Source: Pseudomonadota bacterium (GTDB taxonomy: Bacteria > Bdellovibrionota > UBA2428). Taken from it: DNA of 64,000 nucleotides. The notes below the pieces were generated by a model that saw only the letters and a program-made list of their open reading frames with translations, searched no databases and was not told the DNA's origin. The stretch is taken from assembly GCA_018001635.1 (NCBI GenBank), contig JAGNHS010000009.1, forward strand, positions 3,091-67,090. Reading direction: 5' to 3'. Below are positions 42,683 to 51,086 of this stretch, one piece after another. Numbering within the stretch: position 1 is the stretch's first letter; each line of letters starts with the position of its first letter. The position numbers were made by a program, and so were the translations under genes.

Positions 42683-43735
42683 ATGTCAGAAAGACTCTTC
42701 AAGATCAATATTCCGCCATCGATGAAGTTCTTGCCCAAGGACTATGATGGTTATGTTGTTATTTCTGATATCGACAAAACTTATTTAGTAACACAAATAG
42801 ATTCCTTGGGTGGCTTAATTCGCGCTGCGCTTGAGGCGCCAGAGCGGAAGTTAAATGTTCCCGGGTTTGGAATTTTGTTGAGAGCCTTAAGGCGGGGGGC
42901 TGCGCTCGAGGCGTCAAAAACCCCTATAGTTTTCCTAAGCGCATCGCCTCCGCAAATGCGTGAAAAATTGCTTGCCAAAATGGAATTGGATGGGGTTGAG
43001 CACAATGGAATTATTCTTAAAAATCAACTTCAGCACGTTAGAAACGCAGAGTTTAAAAGATTGACGGAGCAGATAGGATATAAGTTGAGTGCCCTTCTTT
43101 CCCTTTGGGAACATTTGCCTCCAAAAGCCAAATTAATTTTGTTTGGTGATGATAGTGAAAAAGATCCGGTGATTTTTTCCTTGTTTAGCGAAATTTTATC
43201 TAAAAACATTTTTGGTCGAAAACTTTATCAATTACTGTCCTATTTGAATGTTTATAGAGAAGACGCTCTAAAAATTGGATGGTTTTCTCGAAATGTGAGA
43301 AAAAATTCTGAAGCTATTTGCGCTACTTTTATTAATATGGTTTCCGGAAATAATCCTCATCACTATCGAAAGCTTTCTCAGGATATTTATCCCACCGAAA
43401 ACACTCTTCAAACAGCGTTTGTTCTTTTTGAACATGGTTTGATTCGTGCTAGAGCTGTGAAAAGTATTGCTAAGGATTTGATTTATAATCATGACTTTGA
43501 AGTGAATGAGCTCTATCAATCCCTTGTTGAGGCCGAGTCGAGAGGCTATTTTTCTCAGGAAACGCTTAAAACATTAACAACTCTTTTGATTAAGGAGTCG
43601 TTGTTGCCTGCTGATAAAAAAACAAATGAGAACGTGGAGAGCGCTGAAAGTTTTATTCCACGCGAATGGTATCGTGGTCCTCATATTCAAAAATCCTTAT
43701 ACGAATTAAAACTTCAATACACCGATGAGTTGTGA
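42683..43735 (+). CDS. App1-like (DUF2183) HAD-type phosphatidate phosphatase
   Basis: DxDxT motif in VVISDIDKTYL and a downstream LFGDDSEKDP motif, as in the App1 family. Confidence 0.65.
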   Translation: MSERLFKINIPPSMKFLPKDYDGYVVISDIDKTYLVTQIDSLGGLIRAALEAPERKLNVPGFGILLRALRRGAALEASKTPIVFLSASPPQMREKLLAKMELDGVEHNGIILKNQLQHVRNAEFKRLTEQIGYKLSALLSLWEHLPPKAKLILFGDDSEKDPVIFSLFSEILSKNIFGRKLYQLLSYLNVYREDALKIGWFSRNVRKNSEAICATFINMVSGNNPHHYRKLSQDIYPTENTLQTAFVLFEHGLIRARAVKSIAKDLIYNHDFEVNELYQSLVEAESRGYFSQETLKTLTTLLIKESLLPADKKTNENVESAESFIPREWYRGPHIQKSLYELKLQYTDEL

Positions 43736-43831
43736 AGGCGCCTAGCGACTTTTTACCATCGCCCCCCACCCTTTTACGTGAAGTGATGTAAAAGGGTGGG
43801 GGGCGATGGTAAAAAGTCGCTAGGCGCCTTC
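43734..43831. repeat. Perfect 44-bp inverted repeat (10-nt loop) between convergent genes; terminator-like or REP/MITE-like
   Basis: 43734-43777 is the exact reverse complement of 43788-43831. It overlaps the TGA of the + gene and the last codons and TAG of the - gene. Markedly GC-rich. Confidence 0.9.
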
Positions 43832-44197
43832 TCGCTTAGGGTATTGAATTCGGTCGTAGGTGTCTAAGCTGAATCCTGCAATTTTATCCAAATCACTTGG
43901 ATTGAGACCTCTATAGATAAGGGAGCAGTCGTAACAAATGGCTACAACAGGGCGAATCGCATGAAAACTTCGGTCAATGATTAGAGTTAGAAACATGGGA
44001 CTCCAAACAAGCCACCAGTTGTAACCCATCGCAAATAAGACACACGTTAATAAAGAAGAAATTGAAACTAATGTGATTCCCAGCGAGCGTTTAAAATCAG
44101 ATTGCTTATAGAATTCTTTGCAAGAACAATGTGGGCACCTCTCGGGGAGATGCTCACATTGTTTAAAATCACCGCTGAGTCCCAGAAAATTGGACAT
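43820..44197 (-). CDS. Membrane protein with Cys-pair (zinc-ribbon-like) motifs
   Basis: CEH...CPHCSC near the N-terminus, two hydrophobic helices, CYDC near the C-terminus. 1-nt overlap with bcp. Confidence 0.65.
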   Translation of the reverse strand: MSNFLGLSGDFKQCEHLPERCPHCSCKEFYKQSDFKRSLGITLVSISSLLTCVLFAMGYNWWLVWSPMFLTLIIDRSFHAIRPVVAICYDCSLIYRGLNPSDLDKIAGFSLDTYDRIQYPKREGA

Positions 44198-44943
44198 TAA
44201 GAGATTTTAGTTAAAACCTCATCCACATGGCCTTCAACTTTTACGGGTTGCCATACGTGTTTTAAAACTCCGTCAGAAAAAAGAAATGTACTGCGGTCAA
44301 CGCCCCAGTATTTATTGCCCATGAATTCTTTTTCTTTCCATACTTTAAAATGGTTTGCCAATGTTTTTTCTGAGTCTGATAAAAGATCAAAATTAATTTG
44401 ATATTTTTCAATAAATTTTTGATGGCTTTCAGGAGAGTCTGGGCTCACGCCAACAACCACTGTGTCTTTGTCGACAATGCGATTTAAGTTATCGCGAAAG
44501 TTGCAAGCTTCTTTAGTGCAACCAGGTGTGTCGTCTTTTGGGTAAAAATAGAGAAGAAGATTTTTCTTGGCGCTAGCCAATTCTTTTAGGCTAACTTTTT
44601 CACCTCGTTGATTAACAACAGCAACGTCAGGCACTGGAGAATCAAGAAGAGGGTGATTGTCTGGAGTTAATACGGCCGCTTCTTTTGAAGCATTCTCTGT
44701 ATTAGTTTTTACAATTTTTGCTTTAATTTTTTTTGGAGTAGTAGAAACTGCTTTAGTTTTGGCTTTTTTTAGCACTTTTTTAGTAGTGACTTTTTTCTTC
44801 GCCGCTTTCTTAAGTTTTTTAGCTTTTTTGATAGCGACTTTTTTTACAACTTTTTTGCTAAGCTTCTTTGTCTTCTTAGAAGTTGTTTTTTTTGCCTTCA
44901 CTTTTTTCTTTGATTTTTTTGTTGTTTTCTTTTTTGTTGCCAT
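44197..44943 (-). CDS. bcp: Thiol peroxidase Bcp (peroxiredoxin) with a Lys-rich histone-H1-like N-terminal tail of about 80 aa
   Basis: Peroxidatic motif FYPKDDTPGCTKEAC. N-terminus MATKKKTTKKSKKKVKAKK... An alternative GTG start at 44901 would give a GTGA overlap with the ferredoxin stop. Confidence 0.9.
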   Translation of the reverse strand: MATKKKTTKKSKKKVKAKKTTSKKTKKLSKKVVKKVAIKKAKKLKKAAKKKVTTKKVLKKAKTKAVSTTPKKIKAKIVKTNTENASKEAAVLTPDNHPLLDSPVPDVAVVNQRGEKVSLKELASAKKNLLLYFYPKDDTPGCTKEACNFRDNLNRIVDKDTVVVGVSPDSPESHQKFIEKYQINFDLLSDSEKTLANHFKVWKEKEFMGNKYWGVDRSTFLFSDGVLKHVWQPVKVEGHVDEVLTKIS

Positions 44944-45326
44944 ACTTGACTCCTTTGTAGGTGTTTTTCTCTTATCTTTCCCGCATCGGGTACAAAGACA
45001 GATGTATCGTCACCTAACAAGGCTTGGCAAGATAATCTTTCATGGGTGATATGGTAGATGTTTCCCAGTAGTGCAATTTCGGCAGCTTCTGGCGCTAGAA
45101 ACGCGGAATTATGATTTTCAAGAACTTTGATTTTACAGTCGGCGCAAGAGGGGCTTCCTCCGCAGGTTTGTTGAATGACGACATCGCAACGATGAGCAAT
45201 TTGATTAAGCTTTTCGCCATGGGCCCCAGTCGTTTCTACGCGGCTTCCATTCTCTAATACAAAAGTTACTTTATGGCGCAAAGCTTCTGACACACTTCGA
45301 TCATAAAACCCCATGGGCCATAGCAA
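44898..45326 (-). CDS. [2Fe-2S] ferredoxin (adrenodoxin/Fdx-like)
   Basis: CGGSPSCADC (Cx5Cx2C) and a distal RLSCQ cysteine about 35 residues later. The basic C-terminal tail is read from the Lys-rich bcp 5' region in another frame. Confidence 0.75.
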   Translation of the reverse strand: MLWPMGFYDRSVSEALRHKVTFVLENGSRVETTGAHGEKLNQIAHRCDVVIQQTCGGSPSCADCKIKVLENHNSAFLAPEAAEIALLGNIYHITHERLSCQALLGDDTSVFVPDAGKIREKHLQRSQVWQQKRKQQKNQRKK

Positions 45327-45358
45327 AAGCCTTATTTTTACTTTTCATTGGGTATACG

Positions 45359-46495
45359 ATGAAATTCATGAAATTAGCTCATTTTTCCTTAGTCTCCTTA
45401 ACTTTCTTGATTGCCTGCAGCAGCCACGAAGTGTCACAAGGGCCCAACCCATTTTTAAATCTATCTGATTTAAGCTTTTCTCAGGGTGAGCAAATGGGTC
45501 CTCGAGAGTTTAGACTCGTTTTTCAGGGAAACGTTAAGGGGGAGCTGGGAACCTGCGGTTGTGCTTTTAACCCAACCGGTGGAATCGATAGAAAATTGAA
45601 TTTTCTAAAGTCTCAAAAGGGCACTTATTTATATTTAGATTCTGGAAATAGTCTTTTTGGAAGTCTTCACCCTGAAAAGAAGGATTTGGCCAAGTCGATT
45701 CAGAAAGCCGTTGAAATTGCTAAAGCTCATCTTCGTTTAGGAGTGAGTCTTCAAAATGTTGGACGTTATGATTTAGTGGCTGGAATTCAAAATCTAAAAA
45801 AAATCGCCTCTGAGTCTAAGTTAGAGTTGATCTCAAGCAATATTGTAGACGAGAAGGATGACTTTATATTTTTGCCTTTTAAAAATTACGTCTTAGATAA
45901 TGGCCTTAATGTGAGCGTTGTTGGTTTTACCAATCCGGCCCATGACGATCTTTCCTATGATGGTTTTGCCATTAAAACTCCCGTTGAAAAATTAAAACTT
46001 CTATTGAATAAAATTCCTCAAGATCACCTCTTACTTGTATTGAGTGATTTAACGACTCTCGAGAACCAGCAATTGGCCTCTGAAATTTTTAGACCCCATG
46101 TGATTATAGGATCTTCGGGTTTTGAATCCTATAAAATTCCATTGCAAGAGCATAACGGCATTCAGCTGCAGGGTCTTCCATTGGGGCAAGAGCTAGGAAT
46201 GCTGGAACTTATTTGGAAGTCCGACGCAGAGTCTTGGTTTAATCAAGGAGCCAAAGAGCTTTATATTGCACGTTGGAATGATTTAGTTAGAGAAAGAAAG
46301 TATTTTTCAGAGTTTCCAGATTCTGAAGAAAAATCAAAAGAAATTGAAAAAAATGAAGCTGACTTTAAAACACTTAGTAAAATATTACCTAAGGAGAATG
46401 AAAACTACATTCCATTTAGAGCGAGAACATTTAGTATGGACGCCAGTTTGGCCCAGCCTAATGAGTTCACAAAGATAGTAAAAAAGTGGAACTAA
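45359..46495 (+). CDS. Hypothetical lipoprotein (378 aa)
   Basis: Lipobox LIAC. No confident family; GTCGC...GGIDRK and the overall layout faintly recall 5'-nucleotidase/metallophosphatase-like proteins. Confidence 0.7.
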   Translation: MKFMKLAHFSLVSLTFLIACSSHEVSQGPNPFLNLSDLSFSQGEQMGPREFRLVFQGNVKGELGTCGCAFNPTGGIDRKLNFLKSQKGTYLYLDSGNSLFGSLHPEKKDLAKSIQKAVEIAKAHLRLGVSLQNVGRYDLVAGIQNLKKIASESKLELISSNIVDEKDDFIFLPFKNYVLDNGLNVSVVGFTNPAHDDLSYDGFAIKTPVEKLKLLLNKIPQDHLLLVLSDLTTLENQQLASEIFRPHVIIGSSGFESYKIPLQEHNGIQLQGLPLGQELGMLELIWKSDAESWFNQGAKELYIARWNDLVRERKYFSEFPDSEEKSKEIEKNEADFKTLSKILPKENENYIPFRARTFSMDASLAQPNEFTKIVKKWN

Positions 46496-46505
46496 GTAAG
46501 TCTTT

Positions 46506-48158
46506 CTAATGAAGTTTTTTGGCTAAAGGAAAGCGCCAGCCCGATCCGAACGACCTAAAACGAGCCTTTAGGATTGGCGGCGATTGGTATCTTTTAAATT
46601 CCATTCTGTGTATGTAAGAAAATATATCTTTTCTTATTCCGTTTAACTCAATAAATTCTTGAAGCGTTTTGTCGTTTTTTGAAAGTCCTGCTTCGAGGTA
46701 AAGGAAAAGCAAACTATCTAAAATTTCATAGGAGGGGAGTGAATCTTGATCTTTTTGACCAGGCGAAAGTTCAGCACTGGGTGGACGCGTGAATATTTTT
46801 TCAGGGATAGGAATTCCTTTATGGTCTTTTAAATATCGAGCCAAAGCGTAAACATCGCTTTTGTAGAGATCGCCTATAGGATTCAGAGCCCCGCAAAGGT
46901 CGCCATAAAGAGTTGAATAACCCATAGCGAGTTCACTCTTGTTTCCGGTGCTTATTAAAAGAGAATTTTCTTGGTTGCTAATAGCCATGAGGATAATTCC
47001 TCGAACCCTGGCCTGGAGATTTTCATAGCTGAGTCCCTTCTCGATTAAGGAAAGCGACTTGCTGAGAGTTTTAACGCTTTCAGAAATAGGAATTTCTCTT
47101 ATAGATAGATCGAGATTTTTAGCAAGTTCAGAGGCTAGTTCTTTTGATTCTGAGGAGGTGATTTCGGAAGGGAGGCTAAGTCCTAAGACGTTTTGGGCTC
47201 CGAGGGCTTCTTTGCAAAGAGCGGCGACGAGTGCTGAGTCCATTCCCCCTGAAAGGCCAAGATGAACTTTGCTATAGCCAGATTTTTCTACATAATCTCG
47301 TAGACCTAAGCTTAAAGCCTGAAATAAAAATTCAATGTCTTCAATTTTTTTAGAAGCCTTTAAGGCTGGAGTAGCCTTGGGTGACCAATCAAAAATTAAA
47401 AGATCTTCTTGGAAATGTTCAGCATGAGCTATGAATTGTCCAAGGGCATCCATGGCAAAGGATCCTCCATCAAAAAGAAGATCGTCTTGTCCGCCGACGC
47501 TATCGGCATAGAATAAGGGTTTTTTGTATTTCTGCGCCAAAGAGGAAAAAAGTTTTTCGCGACGAGAGATTTTTCCCATATAAAAAGGCGAAGCTGATAA
47601 GTTAATGAGGCAATCGCAGTTTTCTGCGTTATTAAAGGGGTTGAATTTTTCAGGATAAACAAGGGTCTGATTTAAGTTAAAAAATTCAGGTGAATTCCAA
47701 GCGTCTTCGCAAATACTAATGTGGAGTTTTAATCCGCGCCACTCTAGTGGGGCTTGCGATTCGTTGTAGGATTGGAAAAAGCGAGTTTCTTCAAAAATGT
47801 CGTAATTGGGTAGGCGGACTTTCCGAATTGTTCCTAAACGGTGCCCGTCATCGAAAAGACTTGCAGAATTAAAAAGTTTTTCATTGGGTTTAGAGGATTT
47901 TTCAGTGTGTGAGATGAGTAGAGCTACTTTTAGGCGAGCCGAGGCTTCTTGAAGTTCCTTGAGGGCGTTTTGTTCTTCATTAAGTATGTCTGAAAGAGAA
48001 AGTAGGTCTTTGGGTGGATAGCCGATTAAGGGAAGTTCAGGCGTTATCAGCAAATCCACTTTGTTTTGGGCACAATCATGGAGCGCTTTTTGAATTTTTT
48101 CCGCATTGTGTCTGATATCAGCGGATTTTGAGTTCAATTGTATGATTGCCCAACGCAT
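46506..48158 (-). CDS. nadE: Glutamine-dependent NAD+ synthetase
   Basis: N-terminal CN-hydrolase domain (ISICEDAW). C-terminal PP-loop GLSGGMDSALVAA. Confidence 0.95.
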   Translation of the reverse strand: MRWAIIQLNSKSADIRHNAEKIQKALHDCAQNKVDLLITPELPLIGYPPKDLLSLSDILNEEQNALKELQEASARLKVALLISHTEKSSKPNEKLFNSASLFDDGHRLGTIRKVRLPNYDIFEETRFFQSYNESQAPLEWRGLKLHISICEDAWNSPEFFNLNQTLVYPEKFNPFNNAENCDCLINLSASPFYMGKISRREKLFSSLAQKYKKPLFYADSVGGQDDLLFDGGSFAMDALGQFIAHAEHFQEDLLIFDWSPKATPALKASKKIEDIEFLFQALSLGLRDYVEKSGYSKVHLGLSGGMDSALVAALCKEALGAQNVLGLSLPSEITSSESKELASELAKNLDLSIREIPISESVKTLSKSLSLIEKGLSYENLQARVRGIILMAISNQENSLLISTGNKSELAMGYSTLYGDLCGALNPIGDLYKSDVYALARYLKDHKGIPIPEKIFTRPPSAELSPGQKDQDSLPSYEILDSLLFLYLEAGLSKNDKTLQEFIELNGIRKDIFSYIHRMEFKRYQSPPILKARFRSFGSGWRFPLAKKLH

Positions 48159-48220
48159 ATCATGCGTTTTCTATCAGATCTTGCATTTGCTTGCTGTAAA
48201 AAATTCGTTACACTTCAAGT

Positions 48221-49303
48221 ATGGGCGAAATCAACTCCGATGCTTCTTCTGGGCTTTCTTTTAAGGGTTCACTTTCAGAACTAAGAGGTTTGCTTACAAA
48301 CAACATAGCTAAAGGAATTGTAAATGTTGTTTCCTCTATAGAGCAAAAAGTTGGAGAAGCTATTCAGGACAATCCAAATTCAAGTGAAGGAAGCACTCGC
48401 CTTATTCCTATTGAAAAAATAGTGCCTTGTCCTACTCAGCCACGGCAAGTCTTCGATGCTCAATCTTTAGAGCAATTATCAATGACAATGAAAGAAATGG
48501 GGCAGGCACAAGCCATTACAGTGAGACCTGCTGGCGATAAATATGAAATTATCTCCGGAGAGCGCCGTTATCGTGCGGCGAAGTTAGCGGGTTTGCCACA
48601 TTTACATTGTTTAGTGAAGGAAGTGGATAATAAAGACGCTCGCTTGTTATCGTTGGTCGAAAATCTACAACGGGATGATTTGCTTCCTATCGAAGAGGCT
48701 CATTTTTTAAAAAGAGTTTTACAAGATCATGGCGATTTGAATTTAGATAAACTGGCTCGAATGCTGGGATCGCACAAGAGCACATTAAGTGAGAAAATTC
48801 AGTTAACCGAAGTTCCTGAGCCCATTCAGAAAATGCTTTATAATAAGGATTGCCATTTTACTCATCGCCATTGGAGGGTCATCTCCAGAGTTAAAGATCA
48901 GGCTGTGGCAACAGATTTGTGTTTAAAAACTATCCAAGAAAAATTGTCGGTGGCTGAACTTGAACGAGCTTTGAATTCTTTGGGAGTTAAAAAGGCTTCC
49001 AGAAATCCTCGTAGTGGGGCTGAGCAGTTGAGCTTTGAAGATGTTCGTTTGTTTGAATCAAAGGGCAGTTTTTTAAAGTTACGTTCTCTTCATTGTAATA
49101 TGGCTGAAGTGTTGCCAGAGGTAAAAGATAAGATAATTCAAGAGCTTGAGCGTGCTTTGGTCTTTTTAAAATCTGATCAAAGTGCATTGAATCCGCCCCA
49201 GGCAGTTTCGACACCTCAAAGTGTGGCTCCCGCTTTAGAGCGAATTCAAAAGGCTGCTGCGGAGGCCGCTTCTATAATGTCTGAAGAAACTCAGTCTATT
49301 TGA
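48221..49303 (+). CDS. ParB/Spo0J-like protein (no adjacent parA)
   Basis: ParB N-terminal box GERRYRAAKLAGL, LVENLQRDDL, HTH region LARMLGSHKSTLSEKI. Divergent N- and C-terminal regions. Confidence 0.8.
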   Translation: MGEINSDASSGLSFKGSLSELRGLLTNNIAKGIVNVVSSIEQKVGEAIQDNPNSSEGSTRLIPIEKIVPCPTQPRQVFDAQSLEQLSMTMKEMGQAQAITVRPAGDKYEIISGERRYRAAKLAGLPHLHCLVKEVDNKDARLLSLVENLQRDDLLPIEEAHFLKRVLQDHGDLNLDKLARMLGSHKSTLSEKIQLTEVPEPIQKMLYNKDCHFTHRHWRVISRVKDQAVATDLCLKTIQEKLSVAELERALNSLGVKKASRNPRSGAEQLSFEDVRLFESKGSFLKLRSLHCNMAEVLPEVKDKIIQELERALVFLKSDQSALNPPQAVSTPQSVAPALERIQKAAAEAASIMSEETQSI

Positions 49304-49423
49304 GAAATTAATAAAAGCGGATCTTGAAAGAAAGCTTCGAGACTTAAATTAACGCTCAATGTTAAATTTGAGATTTGTCTATAAAAGCTTAAGTTTTCAT
49401 GAAGAATCCCGATCTAAAGAGTA

Positions 49424-50245
49424 ATGGGCGCCTTGTCGATTTTAAAAAATCAAGCTGAGCAACAACATGAAAGCTTTTGGTTTTATGTTAAAAATGAATC
49501 CTCTTATGGGCCCTTTTCTCATTCTGAAATTGAAAGTTTTATAAGTGAAGGAAAACTTTCTTCTGGCGATTTTTGTTGGCGTCAGGGCTTCGATGAATGG
49601 AGATCGTTTTCATCCACACAAGAATTTTCTGATAAATTTTCTCCTCAGCAGGCGGCTATCCTTTATCCAAAAATAGACGTGCCCAGCAAATTAGAACTTA
49701 GTATTGTTAGTGATTTGCAAAAGAAAGAAGAAAGCACTCGAAAGAAGGTCACTGTACAATTAGCCAAATCAAAAAAATATTACTTTTCACTCTATGAGTG
49801 GACCATTGCTCTCTTGTTTTCCATTGGATTAGCGTATCTTTCGGTCACATTTGCTTTAAACGAAGTTCGAAAAGGTTTCTTAGTAAAAACTCTACAAAGT
49901 CAGATGGGCGTTATACATTTTTTAGGAGAGCTCAATTCTTCAGGCGAGATTTCGACAAAACATCTTAATCCACTCTTCAGCGCACCAGGAGCCATGGACT
50001 ATCCATTTTCTTTGCCAGTTGATCTAGTTGATTATCCCAGGGAGCATAATAAAGGCGAAAAATCCTTTGTGGTGGGTGATTATACGGTTCAAAGCCAAGA
50101 GTCTTTGCTTCAGAAACATGAATTTATCGATCACATTGATCCCGTTTATCACCATCCCTATGAGGTTCATGGTGAATTATTCCTTAATCGTCCTCGAGAA
50201 ATACTTGTAAACAATCCAGGTTCTCCGTTAGTATTTTCTCATTGA
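49424..50245 (+). CDS. GYF_2 (DUF4339) domain membrane protein
   Basis: WFYVKNESSYGPFSHSEIESFISEGKLSSGDFCWRQGFDEWRSF, then one TM helix. Confidence 0.75.
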   Translation: MGALSILKNQAEQQHESFWFYVKNESSYGPFSHSEIESFISEGKLSSGDFCWRQGFDEWRSFSSTQEFSDKFSPQQAAILYPKIDVPSKLELSIVSDLQKKEESTRKKVTVQLAKSKKYYFSLYEWTIALLFSIGLAYLSVTFALNEVRKGFLVKTLQSQMGVIHFLGELNSSGEISTKHLNPLFSAPGAMDYPFSLPVDLVDYPREHNKGEKSFVVGDYTVQSQESLLQKHEFIDHIDPVYHHPYEVHGELFLNRPREILVNNPGSPLVFSH

Positions 50246-51036
50246 GATCATTTAATACAGCGACATTAAGTCTATTTTTCTTATTTTTCGTATCTTCCTC
50301 TTTTTCGCAGGATGATTTGGATCCCAAAAGTTTGGATTCTTCAAAGAATAAAGGGAATACTAAATCGACTATTGAAATAAAAGGTGGGGGGTCTAAGCCT
50401 CGTATCAACATCGATGAGGTGAAAAGGGAATTTGAACCACCTCCAAAAGAAATTCCTATTCCTCGAAATCTGCGCGCACAACATTGGCCGCGATTTACCG
50501 GTGGCCTTTGGTTAAATTATTCAAACCAAGGGATCGCGAGACCACTCGTTAAAGCTTCGCAAGATAAAGTTCTTATGAATAATTCAACCGAGAGGGCTTG
50601 GGGCTTTGGGGGCCAGTTAGATTTTTCTGCAGAAGGTGAAAGTGATCAGGCCATAAGAGGTCGAGTGGGTTTTATGAAGTCCGCTGTGCAGGCTCAATCG
50701 GCAATAAATAATCAATACCCAAATGCTTCGTTTGAAAATCGTGTGAATATATTTCATTTGTCTGCCATTCATCGCTGGAGATATTTGTCTGCCGAAGACG
50801 TGGGCCATCTTTGGTTTGGTTGGGGTGGGCAAATGAATTACGCATTTTCATCAACTCGTATTAGGGCGGCGTCTGGCAGTCCAAGGAGTAAACTCAATGG
50901 AAGTTATGCGTTTAATCTTTTACTAGCTATGGGAACAGATTATCCGATTTCAGATCTTGAAGACATTTGTTTTGAAGTCCAATACTTACCCTCTAAAGCC
51001 TTTGCGATGTTCTTTGGTTTTAGAAGTAGTTTGTAA
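50242..51036 (+). CDS. Outer-membrane beta-barrel-like protein
   Basis: Signal peptide (LSLFFLFFVSSSFS-QD) and alternating strand pattern. 4-nt overlap with the upstream gene. Confidence 0.65.
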   Translation: MRSFNTATLSLFFLFFVSSSFSQDDLDPKSLDSSKNKGNTKSTIEIKGGGSKPRINIDEVKREFEPPPKEIPIPRNLRAQHWPRFTGGLWLNYSNQGIARPLVKASQDKVLMNNSTERAWGFGGQLDFSAEGESDQAIRGRVGFMKSAVQAQSAINNQYPNASFENRVNIFHLSAIHRWRYLSAEDVGHLWFGWGGQMNYAFSSTRIRAASGSPRSKLNGSYAFNLLLAMGTDYPISDLEDICFEVQYLPSKAFAMFFGFRSSL

Positions 51037-51086
51037 GGGGCCTTAGCTCACTATTTGATACTCGGCCAAGCGGAAAACTGCTATAA

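Noticed and set aside
44657-45049. 130-aa plus-strand ORF antisense to the bcp Lys-rich tail
   Set aside because: The poly-Phe/Leu translation is the mirror image of AAA/AAG codons, and the ORF overlaps two well-supported minus-strand genes.
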